Of a DNA stretch of 64,000 bases, positions 12,137-25,229 are shown piece by piece. The DNA lies in NCBI GenBank assembly GCA_000442015.1, contig KE561154.1:1-64000 (forward strand), given 5' to 3'. The notes below the pieces were generated by a model. It was not told the origin of the DNA. It saw only the letters and a list, made by a program, of their open reading frames with translations, and did no database searches. How positions within the stretch are numbered: the stretch's first letter is position 1; every line of letters starts with the position of its first letter. The DNA comes from Rozella allomycis CSF55 (taxonomy: Eukaryota). The position numbers and the translations under genes are program-made.

Positions 12137-14552
12137 TTAAGATATATTTACAAGTTTCTCCAAAGATATAGGTTCATTTGTAGTAGCTAGGAAAACAATT
12201 TCATCGTCAATGTATATTAGTGATTTTCCAAACTTGAATAGAGGTTTTCCTAAAGTTTCATGATAGTTTGATGTAGATTGAAACAAAATTTGATTCTTTT
12301 CTGCTAATTTTTCTAGCATATCTTTGAATGATAAAGAAAACTTTATATCATTTTGATTTGAAGGCTGTGGTATATTTCTAGGATCCCTTTATTATACAAT
12401 GTGTAAATGTTTTACCATTTTCTGTAAACATTTAGTGAAGCGATATCAATGGATGGATTGTCAATCATTTTATCCATGATATCGAGCGCTTTGTAGAATT
12501 GAAATTTTATTGAATTGTTGTTGATTAATAAAGGAGGGAATTGCTTTTTCCATTGAAGATACCACAACGAAATTTCGTCATAGTTTGGTTCATTCGATAG
12601 CCAAGTGTGAAGAATTTCAAGCCAGTTTGGAAAGAAGATGTTTTCAAAGAGAGACATCATTGTAGAGAGGGGAAGATATTTAATCCATTCCAAAACTTGT
12701 TTAAATGGTTCTAATTAGATGAAATATTTAAAGGTTACCTAATTCTTGGTTGGCGGGATTAATTTCAAAATTTCTCAAAGTGGAAGCCAACTTTGGGACA
12801 ATGGATTGATGTAAGAATTGTTGCATTTGATCTTCTTCAAAAACCTAATTAATCATTTTTAAGGATATTACTGTAATAATCGGTTCAATTAAAGACGCAC
12901 ATTTAGGTAATGAGTTTTGAATGAATTCTCTCTTTAATTCCAATTGTACTTGATTAAACACTTCAGTGGAGTAATTCTTCAACAATGGAAGATAAACGAA
13001 TAGCCAATTCCATTTTACACCCTGGCTGATTTGAGAGAGAATTCTTGGAAGTAAAACATCTTTAATAACTAGTTTATCAAACATTGCATTAGAAAAACAC
13101 TCTTTATAAATTTCTAGATATTCTAACACTTTAAGATCTCTGACATCATTTGAACTTGTGATTGTAACAATTAGAGTTTACTTTATGAATTGCCTGACTT
13201 TTGGCAGTAGAGTGTAAAAGATGAGATTATCAAATCCATTCCCAGTGAAATATTTTTTTAGTTTTATTAAAATGTTTCTGTTAAACTGAATTTCTTCTTC
13301 ATTGTTTAAAAGTCTTAAAACAAGAGGCTTTAAAATTGAACTAAAAAGTTTATCTGATTTGGGAATTTCAATTTTAAATATTTTATCAAAAAGATCAAAA
13401 TAAGATTCAATTGGAATTGTTGGCATTTTCATTCTCCTTTTTATTTCATGAAAAATCGGTAATAAATCTTCACTCATTTTCAAATCTATATTCTCAAATC
13501 ATTAATAATTTTACTTTTTTCAATTTGATTTACATTTTCTTTTTTATCTTTAATTTGATTCTCAATTTCCAATCTCTTTTCTTCTTCTTGATTCAATTGT
13601 TGATTTAATTCAATAATCTTTCCTTCACAAAGATTTACAAGCAATTTAACATTGTGTCTCAACTCTGGCAGTTTATTAACTTGAGTTTCATCAACTTCAA
13701 AAGATTTTCTATTTTTAATATTCTCAATTTCAATCGCTTCTTTTCCTGTCATGTCAATTATTTTATAACTAACAGTTTCCCCAAAACTATCAAGTAAATT
13801 CTTTATTGTTTTTGTTTGCTCATCCTTTACTCCCTTTCTCCATCGTTTCCTATTACAAATATGAATTATCTTTACTTTTTCTTTAGTTCAATTTCTTTAA
13901 ACGGCTTCTCTTCTTCTTCTTCACTTACATTTTTTTCAATTTCAACATCATGAATACTCGCTCCGAGCCCAGACTTCTTTTCTCGCGCTTTCCCTGCATC
14001 AATCGGTTGAAACATTCCCTCTCCTTTAGCTCCAAGTCCATCACCCTTTTCAAATTAAAGTATTATTCGTACTGGTTTATATCCCATTTTCAACAACAAC
14101 TTCAATCCAATTCCTTTAGTATGCTGCTCAAATTTACCAAAATCCTTGTCCAACGCTTGCAACTTTCTCCTAGCTTCATTCACTTCTCTCTCCGTAACAT
14201 TTCTCATTTTTGTATCCTCCTTTTGCTCAAAATATTCCTTCTTTTCATCTAATTTCACCTCCTTTTTAGCAAAGGGCTCCGGTTCCGGTTCATTCTCCTC
14301 AATCTCATCCTCACTACTACTAGTTTCCCTTTCCTTTTCCTCTTCATGTTTTTGGTATCCTTCACTTTTAAACACAACTTCTTTATTTCTTCTATTACGC
14401 CCCTTCTTTTTAAAATATCTTTCGTTCTTTTCATCTTCTTCGCTGCTCATGAATACTCCATATATTTCTTCTTCTTTATTTCTGCGCTTCTGATATCCAT
14501 ATTCCTCCTCTGAAGAAACGTCCGTTGTGCTCACTTCATCCAAAAATTCCAT
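12137..14552 (-). CDS. TFIP11: Spliceosome disassembly G-patch factor TFIP11/Spp382(Ntr1), multi-exon
   Basis: EEEIYGVF N-terminus, G-patch FEQHTKGIGLKLLLKMGYKP, LPELRHNVKLLV, FEINPANQ and WLxxLHTWL..PNYDEISxWYxxWK. Confidence 0.9.
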
Positions 14553-15003
14553 TTACGAAATTTAGAACTTTCGAGTTTTTGAGTTTTTATGCAAGTTATC
14601 ACAAAAAAATTTGAATTTCAGGATTTTGGTACTATAGGCAACAAGAATTGCATAATATCGATTTTTACGAAAACGATCTGATCGTCTAGGTTGGCGGGAA
14701 ATGTCAAATGCCATTATTACGACGGTAATTTGGCTACACGAATGTAATAAATCCATAGAGTACCGAAATGTTGACTGTATTGTTTTTATATACTTAATGC
14801 GCTGTCAACAATTAAGTGTTGTATGTGTATCCTTGGGTAACACGTGCGATTCCTGCAAGATCAAGCCAAAACAAAAGGTTTGGAAAAATTACACGTTACT
14901 AACCGAAATAAACCAAAGTATAAGCTTCACGGCTATCAACATAATCTTGACGACAAACCTGGTTGCCTAGATAAAAGTTGTACATCACGTTACCATCAAG
15001 TAT

Positions 15004-16524
15004 ATGAATACAAACAGGGAAGGATCCACCGCCATCAGTAAATATAATCGATTCACGTGATTAGAAAACAACACATCTTCAACAATCGACAACAGTAGCC
15101 CAAATCACTCGAAATCCAAAAAACTGTCATCACCCAAGATTGTTCTTCCTCTGTCATTTTATCTGAATCTCTTGATTGTTTCCATTACTCTTATATCAGG
15201 TTTCGTTAGTTGGAGTCAGACAAAGAATGCGGGAGAGACTGCGTCCTTGGCATTCGCAAGCAAGTTCCAAAATGAACTTTTAGAGCATGCGTCAACGCAA
15301 ATATTAGAACATTTTATCACTGCGGAGCACTTGGCTGATACCCAAAAATCATACTGGAGAAAGGGATTATACAATATGCAGAACAAGACTAATATAATGA
15401 ATTTCTTACTACCAGTGCTCTTGAATAGTCAAGATATGGTAAGTTCCCAAACATTTACCACTAAATATGGGGAATTGTGGGGATTCTATACCTACTTTGG
15501 CTCAAATTTGGAAACCAAGTATGGGATGTGGGAACATTATGGTTTAAACTCTACAGAATATGAGGTAGATAAACTTGGGAATATAATTGATGTGAATTTT
15601 AATACTTATCCAGCAAATTATACTGAAAATAATTGGGTCATTGTTGTAAATAAATCGGACCCTGAAAGCAGTGCATGGGTGGCATCCTATGTGTGGTCAG
15701 ATTCAGTATGGATCAGTCACTCGGTAGCCCTTTTCGATTCTCAAAATGAATACGTAGGAGTTTATACAATTGACATGATTTTGAATTTTATTAACTCTAT
15801 CCTTTCGACAAGATCTAGCCAAGTCAGCAATACGGTGATTTTATATGCAGTGGAAACAGATTCAGAGGCTGTTATTGGAACATCTAAAAAGGGCATTCAG
15901 CTTTTTTCTATAGATGAACAGACAAACCAAGCAACCCGACCTTTAACTATTACTGAACTAGGAACTTTCAACGCCGCCAGGGAAATTGGATTGTTTTCTG
16001 TTGCAATTCAAAAAGCTAAATATTCTCTAAAAACTCTCCCGGATTATTATGAACTTTCAGTGGTAGATGCTCAGAACGGAATCACGTACTTGGTCGCCGT
16101 GAAGAAAATAACTTGGAGAAGTGTGAATTGGTCTTTAATTCAATTCCTCGATGAATCTGATGTCTATCTTCCTATTAAAAGAACAAACTTGACGACAATC
16201 ATTGGTGTGTGCGCTACTGTGGGATGTTCAATGTTGGTTGGAATGCTTTTAGCTTATTGGATTACCAGAGATCTTTCCAGAATAACTTTGGATCTAAATA
16301 AATTGAAGGACTTCCATTTTGCATCTGTTTACAAAGGTAGGAATAACAGTATCAAAACTAGCAATATCAGAGAAATATTTCAAATCCAATCGTCTTTTCA
16401 TGCAATGGTAGATGCGTTTGCAAAATCATTGGCGATAAACAACAGCATTACAAAAGGAAATGGCAGCATCGTATCATCTCTTCCATATACCAATCAACAG
16501 ATAGAAACATCACGACAACTTTAA
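15004..16524 (+). CDS. TM-dCache-like-TM-HAMP membrane sensor, paralog A (no output domain)
   Basis: ATG at 15004 plus a 27-nt intron (15038-15064) restores the frame. TM1; Cache-type W..SY.W...ISHSVALFD....VGVYTIDM.L; TM2; HAMP-like ITRDLSRIT.DL..L..FHF....SNIREIFQIQSSFHAM. Confidence 0.75.
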
Positions 16525-16759
16525 TAAAGGATTATGACGAAGATATTATTGTTTATATTTACATTGAGGAACAAACAAACTACAACTCGCGATATCGTTT
16601 CGAGAAGTTGGATATTTTGAGAGCAACAATAGGATTCCTATTGAATAAACGAAGATTTGCATTTTCTATAACATTACCATCCCAATTTTCATCCCCTGAA
16701 ATCGTCGTCAATACAACCGCCAGTTTGTTTGTTTGTTTTCTAATCATACAAAATTAGCA

Positions 16760-18605
16760 ATGGTACAATCGCGAACTTATTCAAACATTCCCGTTTACGA
16801 AATGATTTGCAACGGAGTAGTGGTGATGCGACGACAAGATTCATCTTTCATCAACGCCACACAAATTCTTAAAGTTGCAGGAATTGAAAAAGCAAAAAGA
16901 ACCAAAATTCTAGAATCATTTATTGAATCGGGGTTGCATGATAAGATTCAAGGAGGTAACGGCAAGTTTCAAGGGACATGGTAAAAATTGACAACATCAA
17001 ACACAATAGGGTACCGTTGGAGCGAGCCATTACATTAGCGAAACAATATAATGTTTACGAAAGTCTAGTCGAATTGCTTAAAGATGACGTGCATGAAGGA
17101 GAAAGAAGTAGGTCGGTTCTTTGCACTCGGGAGTGTTTGACAACAAGTACGAGTCAAGAGTCTTGCACAACTGAAACTGAATCGAATTTATCGTGTATAG
17201 AAACTGAATTTCGCAACGATGACTTGTGCTTTGATTCAGATGGAACATTGAGTCCACCACGCAAGTGCCTTTCAATTAAGAGAAAGAACGATATTAATCT
17301 TCCTAAACGAATACAAAATACAGCAGAGGATGCAAGTCTTCCAGATTTTACAAAACCATTGAATTCACAACACAAACATATCCTTTTGGAATTGTTCAGA
17401 AAAAAAACAAAGAAAGGATGTTATGAGGTTGGAGACCCTTTAGATGAAAATCATGGAACAATTATGCATTGGTTGTCACTTTTAGGAAACGCTGATACCC
17501 TCGAAGACATTTTGAAGGCATGTAACAACGCCAACGGAGAGTTGCTCCAGAGGAAAACTAAGCACGGGGAAACTCCTCTAATGGTAACCATATAATTTTT
17601 CTTTGTTTAAAGATGGCAGTTCAATTTCCATTCTCTTACTGTTACCGATCATTTAAAAAGCTTTGTATAATTCTAAAGTCGAACATATTTTTAAGCGATC
17701 TACACGAAAGAACAGTTCTTCATCATATATTCATACGTCAAAATGAAGAATTAACGAGTCAAACAATGAGAGCCTATTACTTGTCAAAATTAATCGAATT
17801 CGTCTTTGATGAACATGGTGCGGAGTTTAAGGATTATGATAACTGGAAAAGATTTGTAAACTTTAAGGATTATAAAGGGAATACTGCTCTTCATTTAGCC
17901 GTTTCTAGAAAAGATTGGGAATCTGCCAGTTTGCTACTTCTTGTCAATGCATCAAATCAAGTGAAAAACAATAAGAACGAAACCGTCGAAGATCTGATTG
18001 AAGACGAAGACAAACTGAGATGGAAGAATATTAAAAGGAGATGCGGACTAAAGTGTGAACTTGATTTTACATTTGACAAATCAAAGTTATGTTGGACACC
18101 ACCTAGATCAATTGAAACAAAGAAACGAAAAACTATTGAAAGTGAAACTTTTCACATAAGCAAATCTTTAGGTAACATTTTACATGTTTTTTAAAAAAGA
18201 ATCGTGGAATTCGTTGAAAATGATTTTAGAGTGCGACAATTACGTTAATGAAGAGGTAATGGAAGGTAAAGAATACAAAAGTAAGATATAGCAATTCAGA
18301 ACGTTATCATGCACATGGACAAACAATTCAGCGATCAATTCAACTCCCAAGAAGTCCAAATTAAACAGTTACAAACACGCTTAAAGCAAATGCAAATAAC
18401 GATTCAACAAAATGATCTTATAAATAATCGGCTTCAAACCGAAAATCAACTCAACGTTGCTAGGATCAGAGACTTGGAAAGAAAAATCGAATACGAAAGA
18501 ACCAGACATGATATAAACTGCATGTTTCCACCGCGCGCCCTAAAGGCAATATCATGGATTAAACCACGAGACAACAGATTGGAAACTAGACTGTGTAATA
18601 AATAA
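16760..18605 (+). CDS. APSES (KilA-N) + ankyrin transcription factor, Mbp1/Swi4/Res-like
   Basis: YSNIPVYE...VMRR..S.INATQILKVAG...KIQGG.GKFQGTW|VP (intron 16981-17009), ankyrins GETPL and GNTALHLA, C-terminal coiled coil. Confidence 0.9.
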
Positions 18606-18648
18606 TTTGAATTTGATTTTTCTTTTTTGCGCACCTTGACAACCTCCA

Positions 18649-19548
18649 ATGAGCGCCTTGCTAGGAATTGACATTTATCCATTTAATGTTTTTCATATTT
18701 CGCATTTATCATGTTCGGCTATTGAAACGCTCTCAATGTTCGTTTATCTAAACAATAGTAGAAAGGCAAATTGGAGGCCTGTTTTCTTGTTTTCCTTGTT
18801 TCTCTCATTGGTTGCTTTATTTGTTAGTGGAAGCATTGGATTTGTTTTCAATCCGCAATATGTGTTTTGGACTTGTCTAGGGCGAGGTACATGGACTGTT
18901 ATTGAACAATTGACAATGATGGTAAGCAAATGGAAGCAAAAGGATTGGAGATATCGTATTAGTGTATTTTTCATGTTCCTTGTTAGCGGCTTTTATTGCT
19001 ATCTTATCTATCCGAGTATTTTGAATGTTCCAATCCCATTCAATGACAGTATAACATTTTACAAAAACATGACATTCTATACCACTCCTTTCCCATTCTA
19101 TTTTACTTATATCATGTTTGGAAGCTTTGCATTATCGTTTCTGGTTACTTTTATCACATATCTTATAGGATGCAGGAGAACAAGAGTTTGCACATTTCCA
19201 TTTTCGATTTTTCTGACGTGCATTATCTCTCTGGGATGGGCAGTATATCTTTTCTTGATATTGTATGGTCGAACAGAAATATCAACATTTTATGATTTCT
19301 TTTTATGCGTAAATTCTCTTAGAATAGTAAGCGTAATGACAGTTCCATTCTTCTCCAACACAAGCTGTAGTTTAAAAGAGCGCCAATCAAAACACAATCA
19401 AGTTGTTCCAGCAGTGGACGAAGAGCAGGCATTTAGAAAGACTACCAATGCCAGTACAAAATCGGAAAAGTCTGAAGCAAAACCTTCTACAAGCGCAAAC
19501 AAACCTTGTGTTTCTCAATCAAAGCCAATGCGCGACTTTGACTATTAA
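18649..19548 (+). CDS. Orphan multi-pass (about 7 TM) membrane protein
   Basis: About seven hydrophobic segments followed by a Ser/Thr/Lys-rich soluble tail. Confidence 0.6.
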   Translation: MSALLGIDIYPFNVFHISHLSCSAIETLSMFVYLNNSRKANWRPVFLFSLFLSLVALFVSGSIGFVFNPQYVFWTCLGRGTWTVIEQLTMMVSKWKQKDWRYRISVFFMFLVSGFYCYLIYPSILNVPIPFNDSITFYKNMTFYTTPFPFYFTYIMFGSFALSFLVTFITYLIGCRRTRVCTFPFSIFLTCIISLGWAVYLFLILYGRTEISTFYDFFLCVNSLRIVSVMTVPFFSNTSCSLKERQSKHNQVVPAVDEEQAFRKTTNASTKSEKSEAKPSTSANKPCVSQSKPMRDFDY

Positions 19549-19616
19549 AAGCAATAAAAAATTGGCCAGTGACATTAAGCTTTTTATTTTGATTTATCAG
19601 TTTAGACCCTGGTCAA

Positions 19617-22131
19617 ATGATGTTGAGCCGACAGATTGCGCGAGTATGAGAATGAATGTAATCACACGTAGTGTACTAGAGGGATACCATTTTACGCTTG
19701 CTATTCATCAACTCCGATGAGCAACTTTGAAAAGATGCGCTACTTGGACTATGCCAAGATTGAACGCAATATCGACATTGTACGTGATCGACTTGGCCAT
19801 CCACTGACGCTTGCCGAGAAGATTGTGTATGGGCACTTGGACAATCCAAAGGAGCAAGATATTAAGAGAGGGAAAAGCTATTTGAAATTGAGGCCCGATA
19901 GAGTTGCATGCCAGGATGCGACCGCCCAGGTAAATGCATATTGTATTTTCTGAGATAGATGGCTCTGTTGCAGTTCATGTCTGCTGGAATACCAACTGTA
20001 GCTGTACCAACAACAGTTCATTGTGATCATCTGATTGAGGCACAGTTGGGTGGACCTAAAGATTTGAAGAGGGCGCAGGTAGAACGATTTGTTGGTGTTT
20101 ATAGGATATTAACAAGGAGGTTTATGATTTTCTGGCTACAGCCTCCGCTAAGTATGGTATCGGGTTCTGGAAAGCTGGAAGTGGAATTATCCATCAAATC
20201 ATCTTGGAAAACTATGCATTCCCTGGTGGACTGATGATTGGAACTGATTCGCATACACCAAATGCTGGAGGTTTAGGGATGGTTGCTATTGGTGTTGGAG
20301 GTGCAGATGTAAGTCATGATTAAGTGGTCAGAGTAGGCTGTTGATGTGATGGCAAATATTCCATGGGAATTGAAATGTCCAAAGGTTATTGGAGTGAAAT
20401 TGACAGGAAAGATGTCAGGATGGACTGCACCAAAAGGTACTAATTAAGTAGTCGTTATATGTAGATATCATTTTGAAAGTTGCGGGAATATTGACTGTTA
20501 AAGGAGGAACAGGAGCTATTATTGAATACTTTGGACCAGGAGTTGAAACATTCTCTTGTACTGGGATGGCGACTATTTGTAACATGGGCGCTGAGATTGG
20601 AGCCACAACTTCAGTATTTCCATTTAATCAAAGAATGGCAAAATATTTGGAAGCAACAAAAAGACCATGTAACTTAATAAGAGTTGGATTGATTAATAGA
20701 TATAGCGAAAGCTGCGTATGAATATGAACATATATTGAAGGCTGATGAAGGATCTAAATATGATCAAGTGATTGAAATTAATATGAGTGAGCTTGAACCC
20801 CATGTGAATGGGCCGTTTACTCCTGATCTTGCAACACCAATATCTAAATTGAAGGAAGTCGCAGAGAAGAATCAATGGCCAAAAGATATTAAAGTAGCTC
20901 TGATAGGAAGTTGCACAAACTCATCATATGAAGATATGAGCAGATCAGCTTCATTGGCTAAACAAGCAATGAATGCTGGTTTGAAGGCTAAAAGTCAATT
21001 CACCATAACGCCAGGGTCTGAACAAATTAGATCAACGATTGAAAGAGATGGAATTATGAAAACATTGAATGATTGTGGCGGATTAGTTTTAGCGAATGCT
21101 TGTGGTCCATGTATTGGCCAATGGGATAGAAAGGATGTTAAGAAGGGCGAAAAGAATACAATCATTACCTCGTACAATAGAAACTTCACTGGTAGAAATG
21201 ATGCGAATCCAGCTACCCATTGCTTTGTAGCTTCACCTGAAATTGTAACAGCCATGGCATTTGGTGGAAGCTTAACATTCAATCCATTAAAAGATACTTT
21301 GAAAACATCAGCAGGAAAAGAATTTAAATTTGCAGAACCTAAAGGTGATGAACTTCCACCAAGAGGATTTGACCCTGGCCAAGATACATATCAAGCCCCA
21401 CCAAAGAATAGAAACAATGTTAAAGTTAGCGTTGATCCAAAGAGTAACAGACTTCAATTATTGGAACCATTCAAATCATGGGATGGAAAAGATTTAACTG
21501 ACTTGCCAATCTTAATTAAAGTCTTAGGCAAATGCACAACTGATCACATTTCAATGGCTGGTCCTTGGCTTAAATACAGGGGTCATTTGGATAACATTTC
21601 TAATAATATGTTGATTGGCGCAATTAATTCTGAAAATAAACAAGCCAACAATATTAAGAACATCTTTACTAACTCTTATGGTTCAGTCCCCTCTGTTGCA
21701 AGAGATTACAAAGCAAGAGGTATTCAATGGGTCGTTGTTGGTGATGAAAATTATGGTGAAGGTAGCTCAAGAGAACACGCCGCCCTTGAATGTCGTCATT
21801 TAGGTGGCATCGCTGTGATTACAAAGAGTTTCGCCCGTATTCATGAAACAAACTTGAAGAAACAAGGAATGATGCCATTAACATTTTCAAACCCCGCAGA
21901 TTATGATAAAATTAGTCCTTCAGACAAGTTGTCCTTTAAGAATCTAGAAAAGAACTTCGTCCCTGGAAAGGTATTTCTATTTATATCTTGATAATTTAGC
22001 CACTTGTTGCTACTGTTAAGCGTTTAGATGGTTCCACCTTTGATATTACGTTGAACCACACTTTTAATGAAAATCAAATTCAATGGTTCAAGGCAGGAAG
22101 TGCTCTTAATGTAATGGCTGCTGCTAAATAA
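19617..22131 (+). CDS. ACO1: Mitochondrial aconitase, multi-exon
   Basis: [57 protein letters not shown] and [10 protein letters not shown] motifs; Arg-rich presequence; introns include 19644-19671 and 19930-19958. Confidence 0.97.
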
Positions 22132-22198
22132 AAATGAGTTCAATGTATTAAAATTATTCGAAATTTGTCAAGTTATTAAAATTCAAATCTTTATTAAA

Positions 22199-23068
22199 TT
22201 ATTCTCTTCGCTCATTCAAGTTTAACTATAACAGCAATTCCAATTTATTACTGAATCTTTAACCTTTTCTTTCAAATTCCAAATTTTATCAGCCCATCTC
22301 TCCTTGTACTGCTCAACCTTGAATTTCTTTTCTCCCTACCAATCAAACCAAACACAATTAAATACCTTTTGAATCCTAGCAATTGTTACAAACAAGACGC
22401 CATCCTTGTAAGAAGCAGTCAAATTATCCAAATCAGCATCCATTGGCAATCCATACGACACATCAATCTCCCTATCCAAACAAAACCTATTCTCCCTATG
22501 CTCCGGCGTATGCGCACAAGTCCTAAACTCGCCGCTCACAATCAATGCATTCCCATCCGTTCTCACTTCAATATCCTGCATAGGAATGCCCCTACTTCTA
22601 TACCCTCATTAATCTTACGGTGCATCCACTATCAAAATGTACTCGTCCGGATACTTTCTGAACACCGGCTGGTTAAATACATCACGCTCGTCAAACGTGT
22701 TTTCAAACATTTTGGGGTAGAACAGGTTGTACGGGTGCATCATTCTGTGGGCCGCTGATTGAGCCTTGCGTTTGATGTTGTGTGCTTTGGACTGTACTTG
22801 CTCTTTGACGTCTTGGGCTGTTGATTGCACTTGTTCTTTAATGTTTTGCGATGTTTGTCTGTTTGGGATTAAATTAATTGGTTACTGGACTGATTGTTTC
22901 ATGCGGGTCGGCCATTTCCGCTGCCTTTTCTGATAATGGTTGGGATGAAAATGATGGCTCTTTTACATCTTCGGAGCGAAAGGAGGGCTCAGAAACCTCT
23001 TGGACGTTCCAGGTATGTGATGTTTGGAAAGAAGCAACTGAAAGTAGGATTAAAGCGGAAAGATGCAT
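22199..23068 (-). CDS. Small heat-shock protein (Hsp20/alpha-crystallin) with signal peptide and LEA-like repeats
   Basis: The spliced product has YILIVDAP|GIPMQDIEV...LIVSGE...LP..AD...LTASYKDGVLFVTI and an N-terminal MHLSALILLSVASF. The last exon is uncertain. Confidence 0.8.
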
Positions 23069-23179
23069 TTTCGATCAATGGGGTAAAGCTTGCTTGGGCT
23101 TTATTGGGATTGAATTAAACTTTAATCAGATATTTTTTTGGATAAATATCAAAATGAAATTATGTAAATGCAGTTTATT

Positions 23180-25048
23180 TTATTCATCGTCTTCATCATC
23201 AGATGCTTCAAATTCAGAATCGAATGATGCAAATTCATCCATATTCTCAGCGTAAACTTCGTCATCGTCTTCTTCCTCTTGATCTACTTGATTGTTTTCA
23301 GAATCATTGTCAGATTCAGAATCAGTCTATATAAATGAAGGGAGGAGTGTATACTTGATTATCTAATTCAGGGTCAACTTGCATTGCTCTAAAAACAGTT
23401 TCTTCATCGTCACTTTCATCTATATAAAAAGTCAAACAAAGTATTACCATCTTCATTGTATGTAACTTGAGCGTTATCAACATTATTTTCATTGGCATTG
23501 CTTTTCTTTGTTATTTGATGAACAACAAGGTCTAAACGACCAGCTAATTGTAGAACATCTTGAAATATGGAGAGTCTAGTGTCTATAGCCTTGTAGAGAG
23601 ACTTTATTTTATTTTTTAATCCTTTGACAGAAACGAGATAAGATAAATGGATTGTAATGAGACATTTGATCCAACTTAAGAGAACTAGACCACGAGTGTG
23701 TTTGTCTTCGAATCTCTTTACCACTTGCTCTAAGAAGGGAATAACGAAATGAGTTGGAAGTTTCTTGATTGTGTTTTCAATTAGAACAGAATCACCAACT
23801 TGCAAAACTTGTTCTAATAATTGATGATCTGTAGTATGAAGAGCTTGAACCAACATTCTCGTCATAGAATCAGCTTTTGGAACTTTAGAAGTTGATTCAG
23901 TTTTAGGTAGATTAATCAAATCGCCAACTTGTTCATTTTCTACTTTTGAACCTTCCATTGCAAAATCAGCTGGACCACTGACGGCGGCCTTCTTGTTCAC
24001 ATTTTTCACTTCTTTTCCTTTGGCATTTAATAAAACCCCTTGCGCTACAAATCTAGATAGATTAATAGATCCTTTCATCCCAGAAATATTTAATCTTTCA
24101 AAGACTGGTTTTAAATGATTTCCTCTAACAATTTCAATAAAGACATCATCTTCACCAAACAAAAGTGTGACAGCGTGAATCTTTATTTTTTCTTTATCAT
24201 TTTCTGAAATTATACTAACAGTTGCCTTTTCTTTCATCTTTTCATAAACATGGACGCTGCCACTTGAACTCAATCCAACAAAAAATGAATTTATCATTTG
24301 TGATGCTTTGATTTCTTCATTTATTGAAAAATCTAATCAAATTTATTTCATCTTTTTTACTTTTCTCTTCTTTATTGGTTAAATTCCAGCAATACATAAA
24401 TCTTGACTCTTCGGAACTCGCCAACACTAAATTCTTAAACAAACTCAAATTGGTAATCTTTTTATCTTGTCCCTTCAATTCATGTTGGATCTTCAAGCTC
24501 TTCTTATCCAACACATACGCAATGTGCGTTGCAACAGCAACACTCTCATTTGACACACAAATAGCACTCAAATAATTTCCTTCTAAATTTGAAATTGTTC
24601 TAACAATCTTCTTCTCCTTCAAACTCCACTCTATTATCGTCCCATTACTATCAGTAGAATACATCTCATTTCTACCCCAGCTACACAGCGCTGTAACACT
24701 TCCAGTATGTCCAACCAACTCAAACAATTGCTTTCCATGCTCAACAATACTACATCCCAAAATACGCCCATCTTCCAATCCAACTACCAAATACACATCC
24801 TTCTTATCTTTCCTCTCATCAATCTTAAAAGTAAATTTATCCTGAACATATCCAAAACTAGTCACATTGCATTTTATTTTATGCTCATTTATCACTCGTC
24901 CTGTTGTAACCGAATACACTCGTAGACTTGAACCATCAACAGATGGTGAGTGCACAGCACAATACAATCCACACGCTGAAAATTTAAATTTTTGATTCTC
25001 AGTCGTCGAAACTGCTGAACTGGGATGATTAGATGAGAGCTTTGTCAT
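23180..25048 (-). CDS. UTP5: SSU processome WD40 protein Utp5/WDR43
   Basis: WD40 repeats (LVGHTGSVTAL), Utp12-type domain S...MLVQALH..D..LLE..L....LIENTI..LP, acidic tail. Confidence 0.88.
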
Positions 25049-25229
25049 TACAAAAAATTGTGGCTGGGATCACAGGGGTTCATGGAACTGTTACCGTCCA
25101 CTATTGTTCTTTAGCCATTAATATATTCGATATATGAATAAGTAAATATAGTAGCTGCATATGTTAGTCTTCTTATTTTATGTGGTTTCAAGTGGTTAAC
25201 CTTTACATACTGCGCCACGTCTTTTTTAA

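Noticed and set aside
14562-15003. Short ORFs between TFIP11 and dCache paralog A
   Set aside because: No motifs; the region is more simply a divergent promoter.
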